A stretch of 61,350 bases of DNA, the filler included, from Hausera hauseri (lineage: Eukaryota), in the NCBI GenBank assembly GCA_046269625.1. It is 10 parts of 10 records of this genome, joined end to end, with 100 filler letters (N's around TTAATTAATTAA, not from the genome) between each part and the next. Parts side by side here need not be neighbours in the genome. Positions count along the whole stretch, not along the records: positions 34,095 to 38,232 come from JBJURY010739210.1; positions 38,333 to 45,395 come from JBJURY010040222.1; positions 45,496 to 51,494 come from JBJURY010155978.1; 7 more parts are not named here. One strand, given 5' to 3'. Position numbers and translations under genes: made by a program. Below are positions 34,678 through 48,399 of this stretch, one piece after another. Every line of letters starts with the position of its first letter. Position 1 is the first letter of the stretch. The notes below the pieces were generated by a model. The model was not told the origin of the DNA and did not search any database. It worked only from the letters and a program-made list of their open reading frames with translations.

Positions 34678-36950
34678 TGTGATGAGGAATTTAAACGAAT
34701 ATTAATGTTTAAATTCAATTCAAAGTCGATTCAATAAATAGCCAATATAAAGTTAAGAAATTCAAAAAAGGATGAAAATAAGATTCATTTAATGAGTGAA
34801 AGGGATAATTGTTATACAAACTTTTATAATAAATTTCTAATGCATAATTCAATTTTACAATCATCGAATGACATTGAGGTCGGAATGGTAGAAACGCGAT
34901 CTACTAACTTAGCGAACCACGCTTCAAGAGACTTCTTCGAGAAGAAATTGATGCCAAAAGAACTCCAGAAAGGTGACAACGTGGAAATCTTTATTGGAAA
35001 ATGCGACAGATACTTCGATTTCATAAGGATGTCGGAGTCGGATCGGGAAACCGCGGTCCTGTGCCTGTTGGCGGATGAAGAACAGGAAAAATACCAGCTA
35101 ATGAGCCAGATGGTGAAAGGTTATCAAAATCGGTTGAGAAAAGCCTTTGAAAAACCCACAACGCTGTGCGGAGATCTGCGCGAGGCATTGGACTACAGAA
35201 TGAATGGGGCAGAACCGGACGCCTACTTTAACAAAATTGAACAATTGGCGAAGAGCATTCTTAGCCACAAAGTAACACTGGAAGCTCTAACAGAGTACAT
35301 GATGATCCACTGTTGCGACAATCCAGAGATAAGAAAGGAAATTTACCGCTGTGACGAAAAAAGCGTCGAACAAATCAAAGAGAAAATACGGAAAGTCCAC
35401 GAAGTGGCAACAAAGACGGATGAAATAAGAACAGTCAAAGAATAGACTAGAAACGGTCGACGGAGTTACAGGGATGTGGCGGTGCACAAATTTGACAAAC
35501 CAAGACAGGAAAGGAAGGATTTCAAACCACACAATACGCAGGCAAAGACCACGATAAAATGCTGGTCGTGCCAAAAAGACAGACATACAAGCAGGATATA
35601 CAACCTCCAACATGCACCAAGATATTTTGGTTGCGGGAAAGAAGGACACATTAACATGAATGGCCCGGAAAGGAAAACAATTATATGCTATAGGTGTGGT
35701 CAGCAAGGACACAAAAGGCGAAATTGCATAAGCATAAAATGCAATAGATATCATAATAGAGGGCACAGAGACGAAAAGTGCTATACAAAATTGGACAAGA
35801 GTATAAGGGGACAAAATACGTATATCGACAATTTCAAACGTGCAGGGTATGTTCAAAAAATATATGGAGAGACGATGAACAACAGGCACGCATACGTTCA
35901 AAATAGTAACGAGGACTATGAAGAATCCGTCACAGAGTCGACAAATCCAAAAGACACGGCCTCGACAGAAGTGGAGCTAGTCGGGGCATTACATTAACCA
36001 ACTCAAAGGCTCCCAAAATATCGAAAGGAACGGACAAGGTATTGAAGAAATGAAGGGAAGAACAGAGGGAAAGATACGGAGGTTCAGAAAAAAGGAAATG
36101 TTTGGGGACAAAAGCAAAGAAGTATGATCTACAGAAAGTCAAAACGAGAGCTTCCATGAAGAGAGGATTTTTGCCATGGAAGGACTGAAGGAAAAGAGTA
36201 TCACTACGATAAGGACGGCCAGGTATAAAAATAAAGGTACAAGATAGATGGAAAGACTGCCTATTGGACACAGGGGCACGGGTGAACGTGATGAGTAGGA
36301 CGATTTTTGAAAGATTGACAGATGTCCAGCTGGAGAAATCAAATATCACACATTTTGTGAAAATGGCATCCCCCTAGACTGTATAGGTTCACTGTCCATA
36401 AATGTGGAACTCTAGGGAGTACAAAAGCGTGTAATGTTCATAGTAGTGACAGACATATCACCATAAATAATAGGAGGAATGGAACTACAAAAGACTTTTG
36501 GAATCGAATTAGATTGGAGACAGAAAGATGGAGACGAACAAAGGTATGATGTATGCAACTTAGAAGCAAAATTTGGTCGAAAAGTGACGAATGAAGAAAG
36601 ATTCAAAAGAGCGAAGGAGATTCTGCGGATAAAAGATAACTCAGTGGTATTGGACATAATACGGAAGAACTCAGAAGTCTTCATGGCGGACAAATGGGAT
36701 ATAGGCTGTACAACATTGATCAAACATAGAATAGACACAAAAGGTGCACCAATTAACATCAAACCGCACAGACAACCAGTGAATTTAGAAACTAAAATCG
36801 ATGAGACCATCCAAAACTTATGGGAAAACAATATCATCAAGAAATGTAATTCACCTTGGAATACTCCAATGATCTGTGTCTGGAAGAAAGAGAAAAACGA
36901 TGTCAGAATTTGTCTAGATTTTAGATTGTTGAACCTTGTCACAGAAAGGC
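34678..36950 (+). mobile_element. Ty3/Gypsy 5' part (putative ~196-bp LTR, gag with four zinc knuckles, protease, RT start)
   Basis: TGT...ACA AT-rich block 34678-34873; MVETRS gag start ~34885; knuckles CWSC, (Y)FGC, CYRC, CNRY; CLLDTGA; SPWNTPM..VRICLDFRLLN, truncated at ~36950. Confidence 0.85.
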
Positions 36951-38232
36951 TGAGGCACAACCCGTGGTGGTGGAAGGAGTGTTGCGCCTACCGAGTAGAA
37001 CTAATGGCAGGATAGACGGCCAATTGCGATGATTGTCTGCTAGGGTTTTTAAAGAAATTTTCATAGTTCGATGGAATCTTTCTAGCAGGCCATTTGCTTG
37101 TGGGTGGTACGGTGTTGTGTGGAAATGTGATATCCCCAAGCGTTTAGCAAGCGATTTAAAAAGTTTCGATTCGAACTGCGGACCTTGGTCCGTTATGATA
37201 TGCCGTGGGGTCCAAAACGACTGATCCAGATTTTTATGAATGCATCTGCTACTGAATCAGTGTTTGTTGAACGGAGAGGAACGGCTTCAGGCCAGCGAGA
37301 AGCATGATCCATCATAGTAAGAATATGTTGATACCCGTTATAGGAAGATAAGGGTCCAACGAGATCAAGATGGACGGTATGAAAACGTCATTTACATGGG
37401 AAATGGTAAAGCGGCGGTTTAAGATGATTGTTGACTTTGTATTTTTGACAAACGATGCAATCCTTAACCCAACCCTGTACATCTGTAAGCATAGATGGCC
37501 AAACTACATGACGTTTGAGCAAACGAAACGTGGCTTTTGAGACTGGATGATGAAGTGAAATCGTGCGAAGGAAAGCTGGTTTCTGCAAAGGAGCGAGAAT
37601 GATTTTTTTATTACCGGGGTTAGATGTACAGTATGCAATGCCATCAGTGATTTCGAATGATTTGAAAGAGCTAAGAATATCAGCAGACGGTTGATTGAGC
37701 TTTAGAATTTCGGTAGAAAATATTGGTTCGACCGTAATTGAGCCGTTCGACCGTGACAGGAAATCCGCAACCAAATTCTCCGTACCTGAAATATACTTTA
37801 TGACAAAACTAAATGTAGATTGGTACAATATATGTCGTTCCTGCCTCGGTGATGGCTGTTTTAGTGACATAATGTGCAGCAGAGGCTTCTGATCCGTTTA
37901 GATGATAAATGAGTGAGAGAGAAGGAGATGAGTGAAATGTTTTTCTGCAAGAACTATGGCTAGTAGCTCATGATCGAATGTAGAATATCGGCTTTCTGGT
38001 TGTGTGAGTTTTCGAGAGTAAAATTCCAAAGGTTCGTCGACGCCTTTGGAAATTTTGTGTAGTATTGCACCAGTACCTGTGGAAGTGGCATCAGTGGTAA
38101 GTATTAGCTCCGCGTCGGGTTTTGGATAGGCCAGTATTTCGACGGTTTTTCGGCCTTCACGTTAGTGATCGAATTTGGTAACTAAATCAGGAGTCGATTG
38201 GATTAGCTGTCTTTTCTTTCCCAATGAGAGGT
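36950..38232 (-). mobile_element. pol: CsRn1-like RH-INT fragment, close relative of element E
   Basis: Reverse complement is near-identical to E ~31640-32920 (LKQPSPRQER, HHPVSKATF, TTPYHPQANGLLERFHR). Confidence 0.9.
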
Positions 38233-38332
38233 NNNNNNNNNNNNNNNNNNNNNNNNNNNNNNNNNNNNNNNNNNNNTTAATTAATTAANNNNNNNNNNNN
38301 NNNNNNNNNNNNNNNNNNNNNNNNNNNNNNNN
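38233..38332. other. Artificial contig linker
   Basis: N44-TTAATTAATTAA-N44. Confidence 0.99.
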
Positions 38333-38604
38333 TGCTTTATATTGTGATGTTTTGTTAGTTTGGTGAATCCGTGATTTTATACTGTGATTTTAGATTTTGT
38401 TTGCTGTTGATTTTTTATTGACCAAGTTTGTGAATTTAAATTGGGATTTTTAAATTTTAAATTTTGTTATTACAAATTTTGTTTAGACATTTAAATTGTT
38501 ATTCGAAATTCTGTTTTCACGGAAAAAAATATTTTTTAATTCGTGGTTTTATTTGATAAATTTATATTTTGATATTTTTGAATTTTTTATTTGTAAGGTG
38601 GAAC

Positions 38605-39655
38605 CTTACAATGTCGAATACCTTCGACTGATTTTTCCCTACTATACTTGTTGAATGTGACTCTGCGTGTTGTGTGTTTATGCGATATGTTTGTTTGCAG
38701 AGACTGAGGTTGGGAAAAAATTGGTAGATTTTGGGGTAGGTGTTGTGTAGTGCGAAGATGAGTCGGAATAAAGAGAAGAAGAGGATGAAGAAGAAAGAGG
38801 GATTGTTGAAGACGGATGGTTAAAGGCACTGAAAAGAATGTTAGAAAACGGAAGAGCGATGAAAGGTGTAGCGGCGGATAAAGGAAAAGAGGAAATAGTT
38901 GGAGTAGAGATTGAAATTGTATTGAGTGAAAGAGTGGAAGAGGAAGATGATACAGAAGGAGTGGTAGGAATAGAAGTAGAAAGTGTAGAAAATGATAAAG
39001 CAGGACTAGGCTCAGAAGAGGAAGGTGGAAATGATGTATCAATAGATGTAGGGATAGCAGGGAGTGGAGGCGTGAGAAAAGAGGTTGACGTGTCGGTTGG
39101 TAAGGTGTCGTCGACAAAGAAAGCGGCCTTTGAGTTGGTGATGCGTACTGTAAAGTCTTTGCCATCTTTGGAGATGATGGCGTTGTGTGAGTGTAGCTGT
39201 AACAGTTTATAGGGCCCCAGGTACTGCGGCTGAAAACACCAAGGCGCTTGATTCTTTAGCCATACGAATTTAGCCGTGTACAAATCTTCGGGTAAGTATG
39301 TTTTGTCTTTGTGAAGTATCCTGCAGAACGAATCTTTACTGACCTCGACGAAGTGATTTTGCGCCGCCCGTATTGTCTCATCCGTGGGCGTGTCATCTAG
39401 AGCCGTTAGTTCGAATAATGATCGGACAGGAGCTCCAAATAAGGCTTCAGTAGGTGAGCATCCTGTAGAAGTGGGCGGAGTGTTCCGCCAGCCGAGCAGA
39501 ACGAACGGGAGAAGATTCGTCCAACTAGTGTTGGACTCTGCCAGAATTCTTAGTGACGTTTTCAATGTTCGGTGCAAACGTTCTAGAAGGCCATTCGATT
39601 GGGGGTGATAAGGCGTAGTATGAATGTGGTGGATCCCCAATTGGTTAACAAGGGA
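38605..39655 (-). mobile_element. pol: CsRn1-like integrase C-terminus plus Ser/Thr/Pro-rich tail
   Basis: ORF 38678-39640 TTPYHPQSNGLLERLHR..GPYKL..; homologous to 42030-43070 and 54860-55880. Confidence 0.9.
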
Positions 39656-39656
39656 T

Positions 39657-42600
39657 TAAATTATCTTTCACTCTACCAAATTTCTCCTTACCTTTCCACT
39701 GGACGTTTACAGTCGCTAACGTCCAGACTGCAATTCTAGGATCCGACTTTCTCTCACACTATAATTTACTGGTTGACTGCAGTCAGCGATGTTTGAAAAA
39801 CGGCACCACTGGCGACATTTCTGGACATGTAAATAGTATTTCGACTACCGCGCAGTCGACCAGAATGCGGAAGTCAATCTTGAAAAGGTCAGCGAATAAT
39901 TCGATTTTTTATAACAACAATTCCATTTGTAAATTTTTAAATAATAATACCGATATAGGATCGAGGTTTAATGTCGATAATTGTGGTACTTCTACCAACC
40001 TTGATTCATTCGACGAAAATACCTCATCCAACACCATTTTCAATTCAACCATCTTACATCAAATACCACTTGACTGCACATCACCTAACAACTCACAAAT
40101 TGCATCTGCTACTACTTAAGCCGTTTCACCACTTTCACCAAATCTCTCACAGTTACCTACAACTTTACAGCAATTCGTCAACATATCATGTCCACGCGTA
40201 CTTAAAAAAGACCGTACCTTCACTCCCACAAACAGCACTTTATACCACATAGTCACACAGCACCAACGTCCAATACGCCAAAAAGTACGGTCTCTGTCAT
40301 CTCGCGGTAAACAGGCCGTAGAAGCCGAATTTCTTGAACTAGAACGTTTTGGCATAGTACGCCGTTCCAGATCCCCTTGGTCAACACCGTTACACGTCGT
40401 ACAAAAAAGGACGGTACTTTTAGACCATGCGGTGACTACCGACAGCTGAACAACTTGATTATCATGGATGCATATCCTTTACCACACATCAAGGATATCT
40501 TGCATCGTCTTAATTCAACCGCCATCCATTCGACTATTGATTTAGCTAAAGCATACCACCAAATACCGGTAGCACTCAAAGACACAGAAAAAACCGCAGT
40601 AACTACTCCCTTTGGCCTCTATGAATACCTGTTTATGCCATTCGGTTTGCGGAATGTCGCACAAACTTTTCAGCGGCACATCGATTTAATTCTTTCAGAC
40701 TTTCCGTTTGCATACCCTTATATCAATGATATTCTAGTCGTTTCACCTTCAGCCAAACAACACGAAGAACACCTTTGCGCAATATTCCAAGGTCTTAACC
40801 ACCATAATCTCCAAGTCAATTTCGACAAATGCCATTTCTTCAAAAAGCGCATTAACTTTTTAAGCCACGTTATCCACTCCCCAATCAGACCGCGTCGAAG
40901 CTCTTAAAAACATCCAGTTGTCACGTACAACCACCAAAATGCGTAGTTTCCTTGCCACACTACAATTTGTACATAAATACGTACCATACTGCTCGAAATT
41001 GACAGCACCATTTGCACACCTAAGCGGCGGAAAAAAACATCAGCCAATCCAGTGGACACCTGAACTGGTTGACAAATTTGACAAGCTACGCGAAGGCATC
41101 AAAACCGTAGATATTCTAGCTTTTCCCAAGCCTGATGCAGAACTCATCCTTACTACAGACGCGTCAACCACTGCAGTAGGCGCTGTACTCCACCAGATCT
41201 ACAAGGGAGAAAATCAACCACTAGAATTTTTCTCTCGCAAGCTAAGAGCACCTAAAACTAGATATTCCACGTTCGATCGAGAACTATTGGCCATCATTCT
41301 CGCTTTAAAGTATTTCTGTCACTTACTCGTCGCTCGTCATTTCATTAAACACCCTTCCACACACCAAGAACGACAAATATCATACTTATCGACATTTAAC
41401 TTTGATATTAAACAGATTAACGGGGTTAACAATTTGGTTGCTAATATTTTATCTAGGTCGGTTAGTTCGATTAATTTTTCACCAATCCTTAGGCAAGATC
41501 AACTTCAACAGAACCAGCCACCTTAGGACATGTTTAATTCTTTCAAATCTTGCACAATCGTTGACGTCGTGGCTTTAGACACTTCCAAACCAGGCCATTC
41601 GTTAATAATTCTAGCACCATTATTGCAAAGGCAAGCATTTCACAGGGTGCATTCACTACTTTTCTTTTACTCCATCGACAAGTAATATGACCGTCAATGC
41701 ATTCTGATGTGCAGGCATGGATTAAGGAGTGAGTGGCTTGTCAAAAATACAAAACAGCTAAGCATTTAAAGCCACCACTATTCCACTTTCCCTGCACATT
41801 GCGTTTTGAATCCGTGCATATCGACATTTTTGGCCCTCTTCCTTCAGACAACAGATATCAATTCATTCGCACTAAGATGGACCGTTCCTCGCGATGGCCA
41901 GAAGCCATCCCTCTGTGGAGCACAAACACCGACACCACAGCTAACGTTTTCATTTGTACATGGATCAGCAGGTTTGGATCACTTCGCTTCATCATCACGG
42001 AGCAGGATTTACAGTTTGAACCAAACCTGTTCAAATCCCTTGTTAACCGATTGGGGATCCATCACATAAATACTACGCCTTATCACCCCCAATCGAATGG
42101 CCTTCTAGAATGTTTCTACCGAACATTGAAAACGTCACTAAGAATTCTGGCAGAGTCCAACACTAGTTGGACGAATCTTCTTCCGTTTGTTTTGCTCGGC
42201 TGGCGGAACACTCCGTCCACTTATACAGGATGTTCACCTACTGAAGCCTTATTTGGAGCACCTGTACGACCATTATTCGAACTAACCGCCCTAGACTACA
42301 CTCCCACGGATGACACGGGAGGCGTAAAGTCACTTCGTCGAGGTCAGCAAAGATTCGTTCTGCAAGCTACTTCACAAAGACAAAACATACGTACTCGAAG
42401 ATTTGTAGTCGGCGAAATTCGTATGGCTAAAGAATCAAGCGCCTTGGGGTTTCCAGCCACGGTACCTGGGGCCCTACAAACTGATACAGCTGCGCTCACA
42501 CAACGCCATTATCTCTAATGGCGGCAAAGACCTTGCAGTACACATTACCAACTTAAAGCCCGCTTTCTTTGTCGACGACACCTTACCAACCGACACGTCA

Positions 42601-43255
42601 ACCTCCTTTCGCATTCCTCCACTCCCTGCTATCCCTACATCTATTGCTACACCATTTCCACCTTCCTCTTCTACGCCTAGTCCTGCTCCATTATTTTCTA
42701 CACTTTCTACTTCTATTCCTACCACTCCCTCTGTATCATCTTCCTCTTCCACTCTTTCACTCAACACAATTCCAATCTCTACTTCAACTTTTTCCTCTCT
42801 TCCTTTATCCACCACTACACCTTTCATCACTCGTTCGTCTTCTAACACTCTTTCCAATAACTTTAACCATCCGTCTTCAACAATTCCTCTTCCTTCTTCG
42901 TCTTCTTCTCTTTATCCTGACTCATCTTCGCACGAAACAACACCTACACCAAAATCTACCAATTTTTTCCCCAACCTCAATATCTGCAAACAAACACATC
43001 GCATACAAACATAACACGCAGAGTCACATTCAGCAAGTATAGCAGGAAAAAATCAGTCAAAGGTATTCAACGTCTTATTCACACTAAGCTCAGCTAACAC
43101 ACTTTTCGTTTTGGAATTTTTTCTGTGATCTTTCGCTCTTCATAGTTTTAACTTTGCCACGGGGGGTGATGCGGTGCCGGCATCGACTATCGCTCTCTGG
43201 CCCCTTTGGTTGGGCACGGCCGGGCGTCTACTGCCGGCGCGTCGGGCACATAGGG
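39657..43255 (+). mobile_element. pol: CsRn1-like Gypsy copy: partial PR, RT, RH, INT, PPT and partial 3' LTR (from 43170)
   Basis: RPCGDYR, MPFGLRN, YIND, TTDAS, DIFGPLP; GGGGGGTGA followed by TGCGGTG. Confidence 0.92.
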
Positions 43256-43899
43256 AAAACCCAGAATGAATCTGCAATTATTACCTGATCGGCCTTATTA
43301 AGATACATTTATTTGCCATATGAAAGCTAGTCTCACTAAAACCATCTTTCGTCTAACATGGTCCTTATATAAAGACAAAAAGCAACTCACTTTAGATGAG
43401 TTTCATAGTGAACTATTCTTTTCTGATGGCTTGAGCAAAGGCCAGTCCATTAATCAAATTCAAACTGTTTTCAAAAATCTCATTTACATCACGTACTCAT
43501 CAAACATCGATACACTTCCTGATATCATCAGCAGTTCTTCCGAATTTCCGGATGGTTAATTATGGAATTTGGAAAGACTTCCTATGATCAGTGATAGTGC
43601 AACTGTCAAACCGGGTGAAAAGTCAGCTAACATCAAAGTATGGCCATATGTTCCATTATGTGTCAATATCGGTATTTGCTGACAATTATCAAAACATGGT
43701 CTTGTTTAAATATCCATTATTTTTAGTTTTCGCTATCATTCAATGCTCGACGAATATTCAGTTTCAAACGTAATTTTTGATGTTTTCGTCAGCAACTGCA
43801 AAGAAGACTCTGAATTTTCTCATAGTCTAAAGTCCGAAATAAGAAAATTATTTAGAAATATACGAATATCGTGAATCCAATGTAAATCCCTTTGAAAAT

Positions 43900-44980
43900 T
43901 TAACGTCCCAAATTGACAAAACGAAATTGATTTTAATTGTTCTATCGAAGTTTTACGAGGCCTGTGCAAAATGTCGATTGGAATTGACTTATGCAAAAGC
44001 TAGAGAATCGCTTGATTTACGTTCGCATTGACGATACCAATCAGTCCATTTGGATTGAGAATTTATTGAAAAATAATCGGGTTTTGGTGGGTTGTGATGG
44101 AATTACGTCAGTTGTGGCGAATGTGAAAAATGAAATTGAAAAATTTGTTTCCGTACCTAGTCATCAAGATTCTATTTCATCCGTTCCAAATGAATCTTCC
44201 GAGATTTCTAAAATATACGAACTAATTGACGAAGTAACTCAAGGTATGTGCGAATTTCCCAATTTAACGAATCTAGCTAAGTTACGACAAACTGTCGAGA
44301 AATTTATTTATGCTATCTTAAATCCGATAATTTCTCAAAAGAAATAAAAGAATCTCAACTGTTGAAATATCTTTGTATGTTAACAGGTTGGATAAAAGAA
44401 CGAGCATTTTTTGTCAATGAACAAATGTCGGCATTGACATCGTTATGTTTCGATTTCATTCTTATTTTGACTGATCAGAGTTTTGATGTTGCTTGTACAA
44501 TTTTAAAGACGACTGATCTACCAGAAATATTTATTTAGGTAATTCAAAACGAGTCATATGCTAAAGATATTCGTTTAAAACACGTTTGAGTTGTTGAAAT
44601 ATGTAACGGGCAGCGTGCATGATATTGTACGACATTCTGGTAACGAATGTAAATTCAAAACGAAAGAATTCAAAGAATCACTTATTCGTTTCATTCAAAT
44701 CAATTCTTCTGACCAACTCGGCCTTTCATCGTTATTATCCCTGTCTTATCTTCTGGATGAAAACGACAATCACTTACTACTGGCAGCTGAAAAGACCATA
44801 ACGTTTCTCATTAATTTTATCAAAAAGGCGTTTAAATTCAACCGAAGTATATTCAACGGAATGGCACTTTGGAAATTATTGAGTGGTTTGAGCGCTACAT
44901 CAGTGAATGACGATGTTAAAGAAATAATTGGTGGTAATGAACAATTTTGCATAAATGCGAAGATTCATGTCCATCGATGA
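43900..44980 (+). pseudogene. Host-like armadillo-repeat protein pseudogene
   Basis: ILTDQSFDVAC, GSVHDIVRH, LSSLLSLSYLLDE, LLSGLSATSVNDDVKEII resemble ARM segments of invertebrate ARM(-TIR) proteins; several stops and frameshifts. Confidence 0.45.
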
Positions 44981-45395
44981 ATAAACCAGTTGTTTTAATA
45001 ATGTAATGATTTATTTTCAAGTTCACAAATTTAATTTGAATACACTTTTTTCGTCCATTGTGATTTTTTGACAACTTGATTTTAAATATCCATTTGTGAA
45101 TTTTAGAAATCTGTCTTGTGGAATTTGGTGGGAATTTCTTTATATTAAAAATTATTTTCAAATCCAATTTTTGGGAATTTATATAATATCTATATCGGAT
45201 ATTTATCGGTCAGTCCTAACTAATAAATTGGTGTCAGACAGAAACATTACCGACATTATTTCTGTGATTTGATTGTCTCTATTTTATCACTTTATCAATT
45301 TCTTTGATTTTCGTGTAAGATACAATTTCCAAACACAATGGAAGCTCATTGTATACAGCAAAATATGAAATGGAACGCAAATGGCAATGCCAATA

Positions 45396-45495
45396 NNNNN
45401 NNNNNNNNNNNNNNNNNNNNNNNNNNNNNNNNNNNNNNNTTAATTAATTAANNNNNNNNNNNNNNNNNNNNNNNNNNNNNNNNNNNNNNNNNNNN
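45396..45495. other. Artificial contig linker
   Basis: N44-TTAATTAATTAA-N44. Confidence 0.99.
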
Positions 45496-46851
45496 GGGAA
45501 ATCTTGTTAATTTCAAGAATTTTATTATCTGGTTTAATGACTTGATTCTACTGTATATTCAGCACATTTAAGCGGGTCAAAGATAGCACAGGTCCAATTT
45601 AATGGAATTCGCATAGAGTTAAAAGTTTTGTAAGCTTCTAATGTTACGATCTTGAATCCGAGTATGTATTTTTCAATCTCCTTTTGTGCCAGAAGCGAAT
45701 CCACACCATTTTCTATTTGTTCCTATGTTATCGCATGTCGAATACTGTTTAAGTTATGAATATTTCTTCTAGGTGTGATGATTTGATTAAAAATAACTTC
45801 ACCGTTTTCCTCTGCTATTATCACTTCGATTGGCAAGGGTATCTGTGATCTATTTGATTTGTTTCCATAGGCGAATGAAGCTGCAAGGTATCTAGTTCTA
45901 CCTGATTTATTGGTGTACATTAAATTTGGTTCTTTTGGTAGTTCTTTATATGTTGGTTCAATCGTATATTTCAATGGTAATAAGGATGAGAGTTGTATTT
46001 CTTTTCTAAAAGCTTTTACTATTCCGATGTTTATTACTCCTTTGCGATAAATCGAATATGTTTGGTATCGATCGAATAATTGATTTGACAAGATTCCTGA
46101 CCCATAATTGTTTCAAAACTGTTTCTTCGTCCTTTTTCTCCTCTAAATATCCCATGATTTTCCCCATAGCAACATGTATTGTTGTTCCAATGTTATCTCC
46201 TGTCCATTGAGGGAATTTAAACGTAGTGTCTAAGTTGAATATTTTGAACGGTAAAATTTCGCGATTTCTTTGTTACCGTATTTCAGTACGTTCGGTATTT
46301 TGGTAACTTCTTTTATCCTATTCATTGAACAATCTAGGTGTGCCATCACCTTATCATAGAATGAGTATGTCATGCTTTTTTTCAGTTTTATTGAGTCTTT
46401 GTATAGGTTTCGGATCATCTTTCTTTGCGTTTGTTGGAATATTGTTTGGTAATTTGAAAATATCTTTACCTCCGAATTTCGGGGCCGAATTTGTTATTTG
46501 ATTGTTTCTTAATTTCGGTCCTTGAGTATTGCAATTTTTGCACATGATTTTTTGTGCGTCTTGCTGATGTTGCACATAGTTTTTATAATCCTTTAAATCT
46601 AATTTGATTGGCCAACTAATCAAATGTTCTAAATTTTTGATTGTCCTCTCCTCATTGGCTATTAACTTATAAATTGTATAAACGAACATGATTGGTCCAA
46701 TCATTATGCTCGACACGAGTATGTAATTAATCAAATTCTCCTTAAGATAACTACCAAAGTCTTTATTAACTAGAATAAAAATCAAGATAAGCACAAAACC
46801 GAACGTAGTACTTGTCGCTTCATTTACATTCTCTTCATTACTTGTTATCAT
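45496..46851 (-). pseudogene. Two-TM protein region followed by a REX4/ISG20-like exonuclease-fold domain lacking the catalytic DxE
   Basis: FGFVLILIFILV and YILVSSIMIGPIMFVYTIY; then YLAASF..IEVIIAEENGEVIFNQIITPRRNIHNLNSIRHAIT*EQIENG..AQKEIEKYILGFKIV. Confidence 0.6.
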
Positions 46852-46924
46852 GTTTGTAACTGTAGGCTCTCTATGTCCATTTTGTTCCTTAATTCTACTT
46901 AATTGTGAGCGAGGCTAATTTCCT

Positions 46925-48364
46925 CTAATTAGAGTAATGTGATTCGTCATGTTTCTTCTTTTTACATCCGGGTTTTCTACCAAATGCAATACTTATCATA
47001 AGGATTATTCCAATACCTGCTATTAATACTAATATCCACCAGTATTGCAGAATATATACTTCGCTAGTTATATTTGAAACAGTAGTTAACTTCCATTTTT
47101 CGTCATCATCATTGTATCTTATGTGACGAAATTGATCTATTGCTGGTTGTGTTTTTATGGCCACAATTTTTGAGTTATCTAAGTTCTCTATTTTCACCAG
47201 GTAATTGGTATCGGGTGTTAGTTTTTCACAGAAGTTTCTTTTATTTGTCTCGTACTTGATAGTAATTTTTTCATGAGAATCTGTACATTTACCATAATGT
47301 TTTGTTCATTTATTGTGTTTTCCGATATTATCTCAATGCGTATAGGGCGTTAATTTGAATTTGATAAAAAATTCTTTCATCCATTTTCCATAAAATACAT
47401 GTTTATGTAATTTCTGTTTTAACGTATGTGGCTGTTGATCCTGTATTTTAAACTGATTTTGTGGTTTAAGCTGAACTTGTGACTTTGATTTGAGATTTTG
47501 ATTTCGATTGAGATTTTGATTTCGATCTCGGTTTTCTCGGTCTCCCCTACCCTTATAGGTGGATGTAGTTCATAATTTCGGTGTTGTCGTCTGTGTCGCA
47601 GATCGCGGAGAAGTAATGCGCTGCTCGGTGAAAGCTGGAATGGGTATGTTTTATTTGACTGAAAATAAAAGAGGAATGCGGTAAGAATGCACTCTAATTG
47701 ATTGTCTATTTTCCATCGTTTGATATGCATCTAAACGGATTCTGTATTAGATGTAGAGTGTACAACATGAACGACTATCATTTCGCTTCAGATAACAATA
47801 ATGTGGTTGTTTTATGAATGTAGATATTGAGTCGAGCCATATGCTGACTTCAAATACAATAGGTAATAACCGTGTGTTGCGGAAATCCATACAAGGTCGT
47901 TGTCTTGTGAAATCGATACTAGAAAATTCGATATCATGTTTTAAGAAGTAAGCAATAAAAGGATTGCGCGAAAATACATCAATAGTTTCTAATATGTTCA
48001 TCTCTTGATAGGTGGGAACATGAAGAATCATTTGGATCCTGAAGAATGGTATCGGTATTATTGACCTTCAGTATACATAGTACGTGTACGTCGAATCGTA
48101 TTTGATGGAGCAGCAAGTTCTATTATGTGTTTCAAAAATTGTACATACCGAGGAAACATTATACTGTGATTTAAAGACAAAATCAACTTTATGGTGCATT
48201 GTTACCGGCATGTGAGTTCGAAGGCAAATACTGGGTTTATTTGTGTCAATATTGATAATAGTGGCGCGTTCAATCAAATTAGTAAGTGGTATAGCTATTG
48301 TATTGGTTTTTGTAGCCGTTATAGGTATTATGAATACTAGAAAAATGAGGAAAATGATAGCCAA
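46925..48364 (-). pseudogene. Type I membrane protein: signal peptide, two Cys-rich repeats, low-complexity stalk, FN3-like domain, TM, basic tail
   Basis: Single frame with point stops: LAIIFLIFLVFIIPITA|; RTCCSI / RSCCTL repeats; EKLTPDTNYLVKI..AIKTQP (FN3 LxPxTxY); YWWILVLIAGIGIILMISIAF-GRKPGCKKKK. Confidence 0.65.
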
Positions 48365-48399
48365 GTATCGGCTCTAAATGAAATGAACAGGGTAATGTT

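Noticed and set aside
38838-39212. Glu/Val/Gly-rich ORFs (also 42474-42857, 55294-55650)
   Set aside because: Antisense shadows of the pyrimidine-rich Ser/Thr tail, not independent genes.
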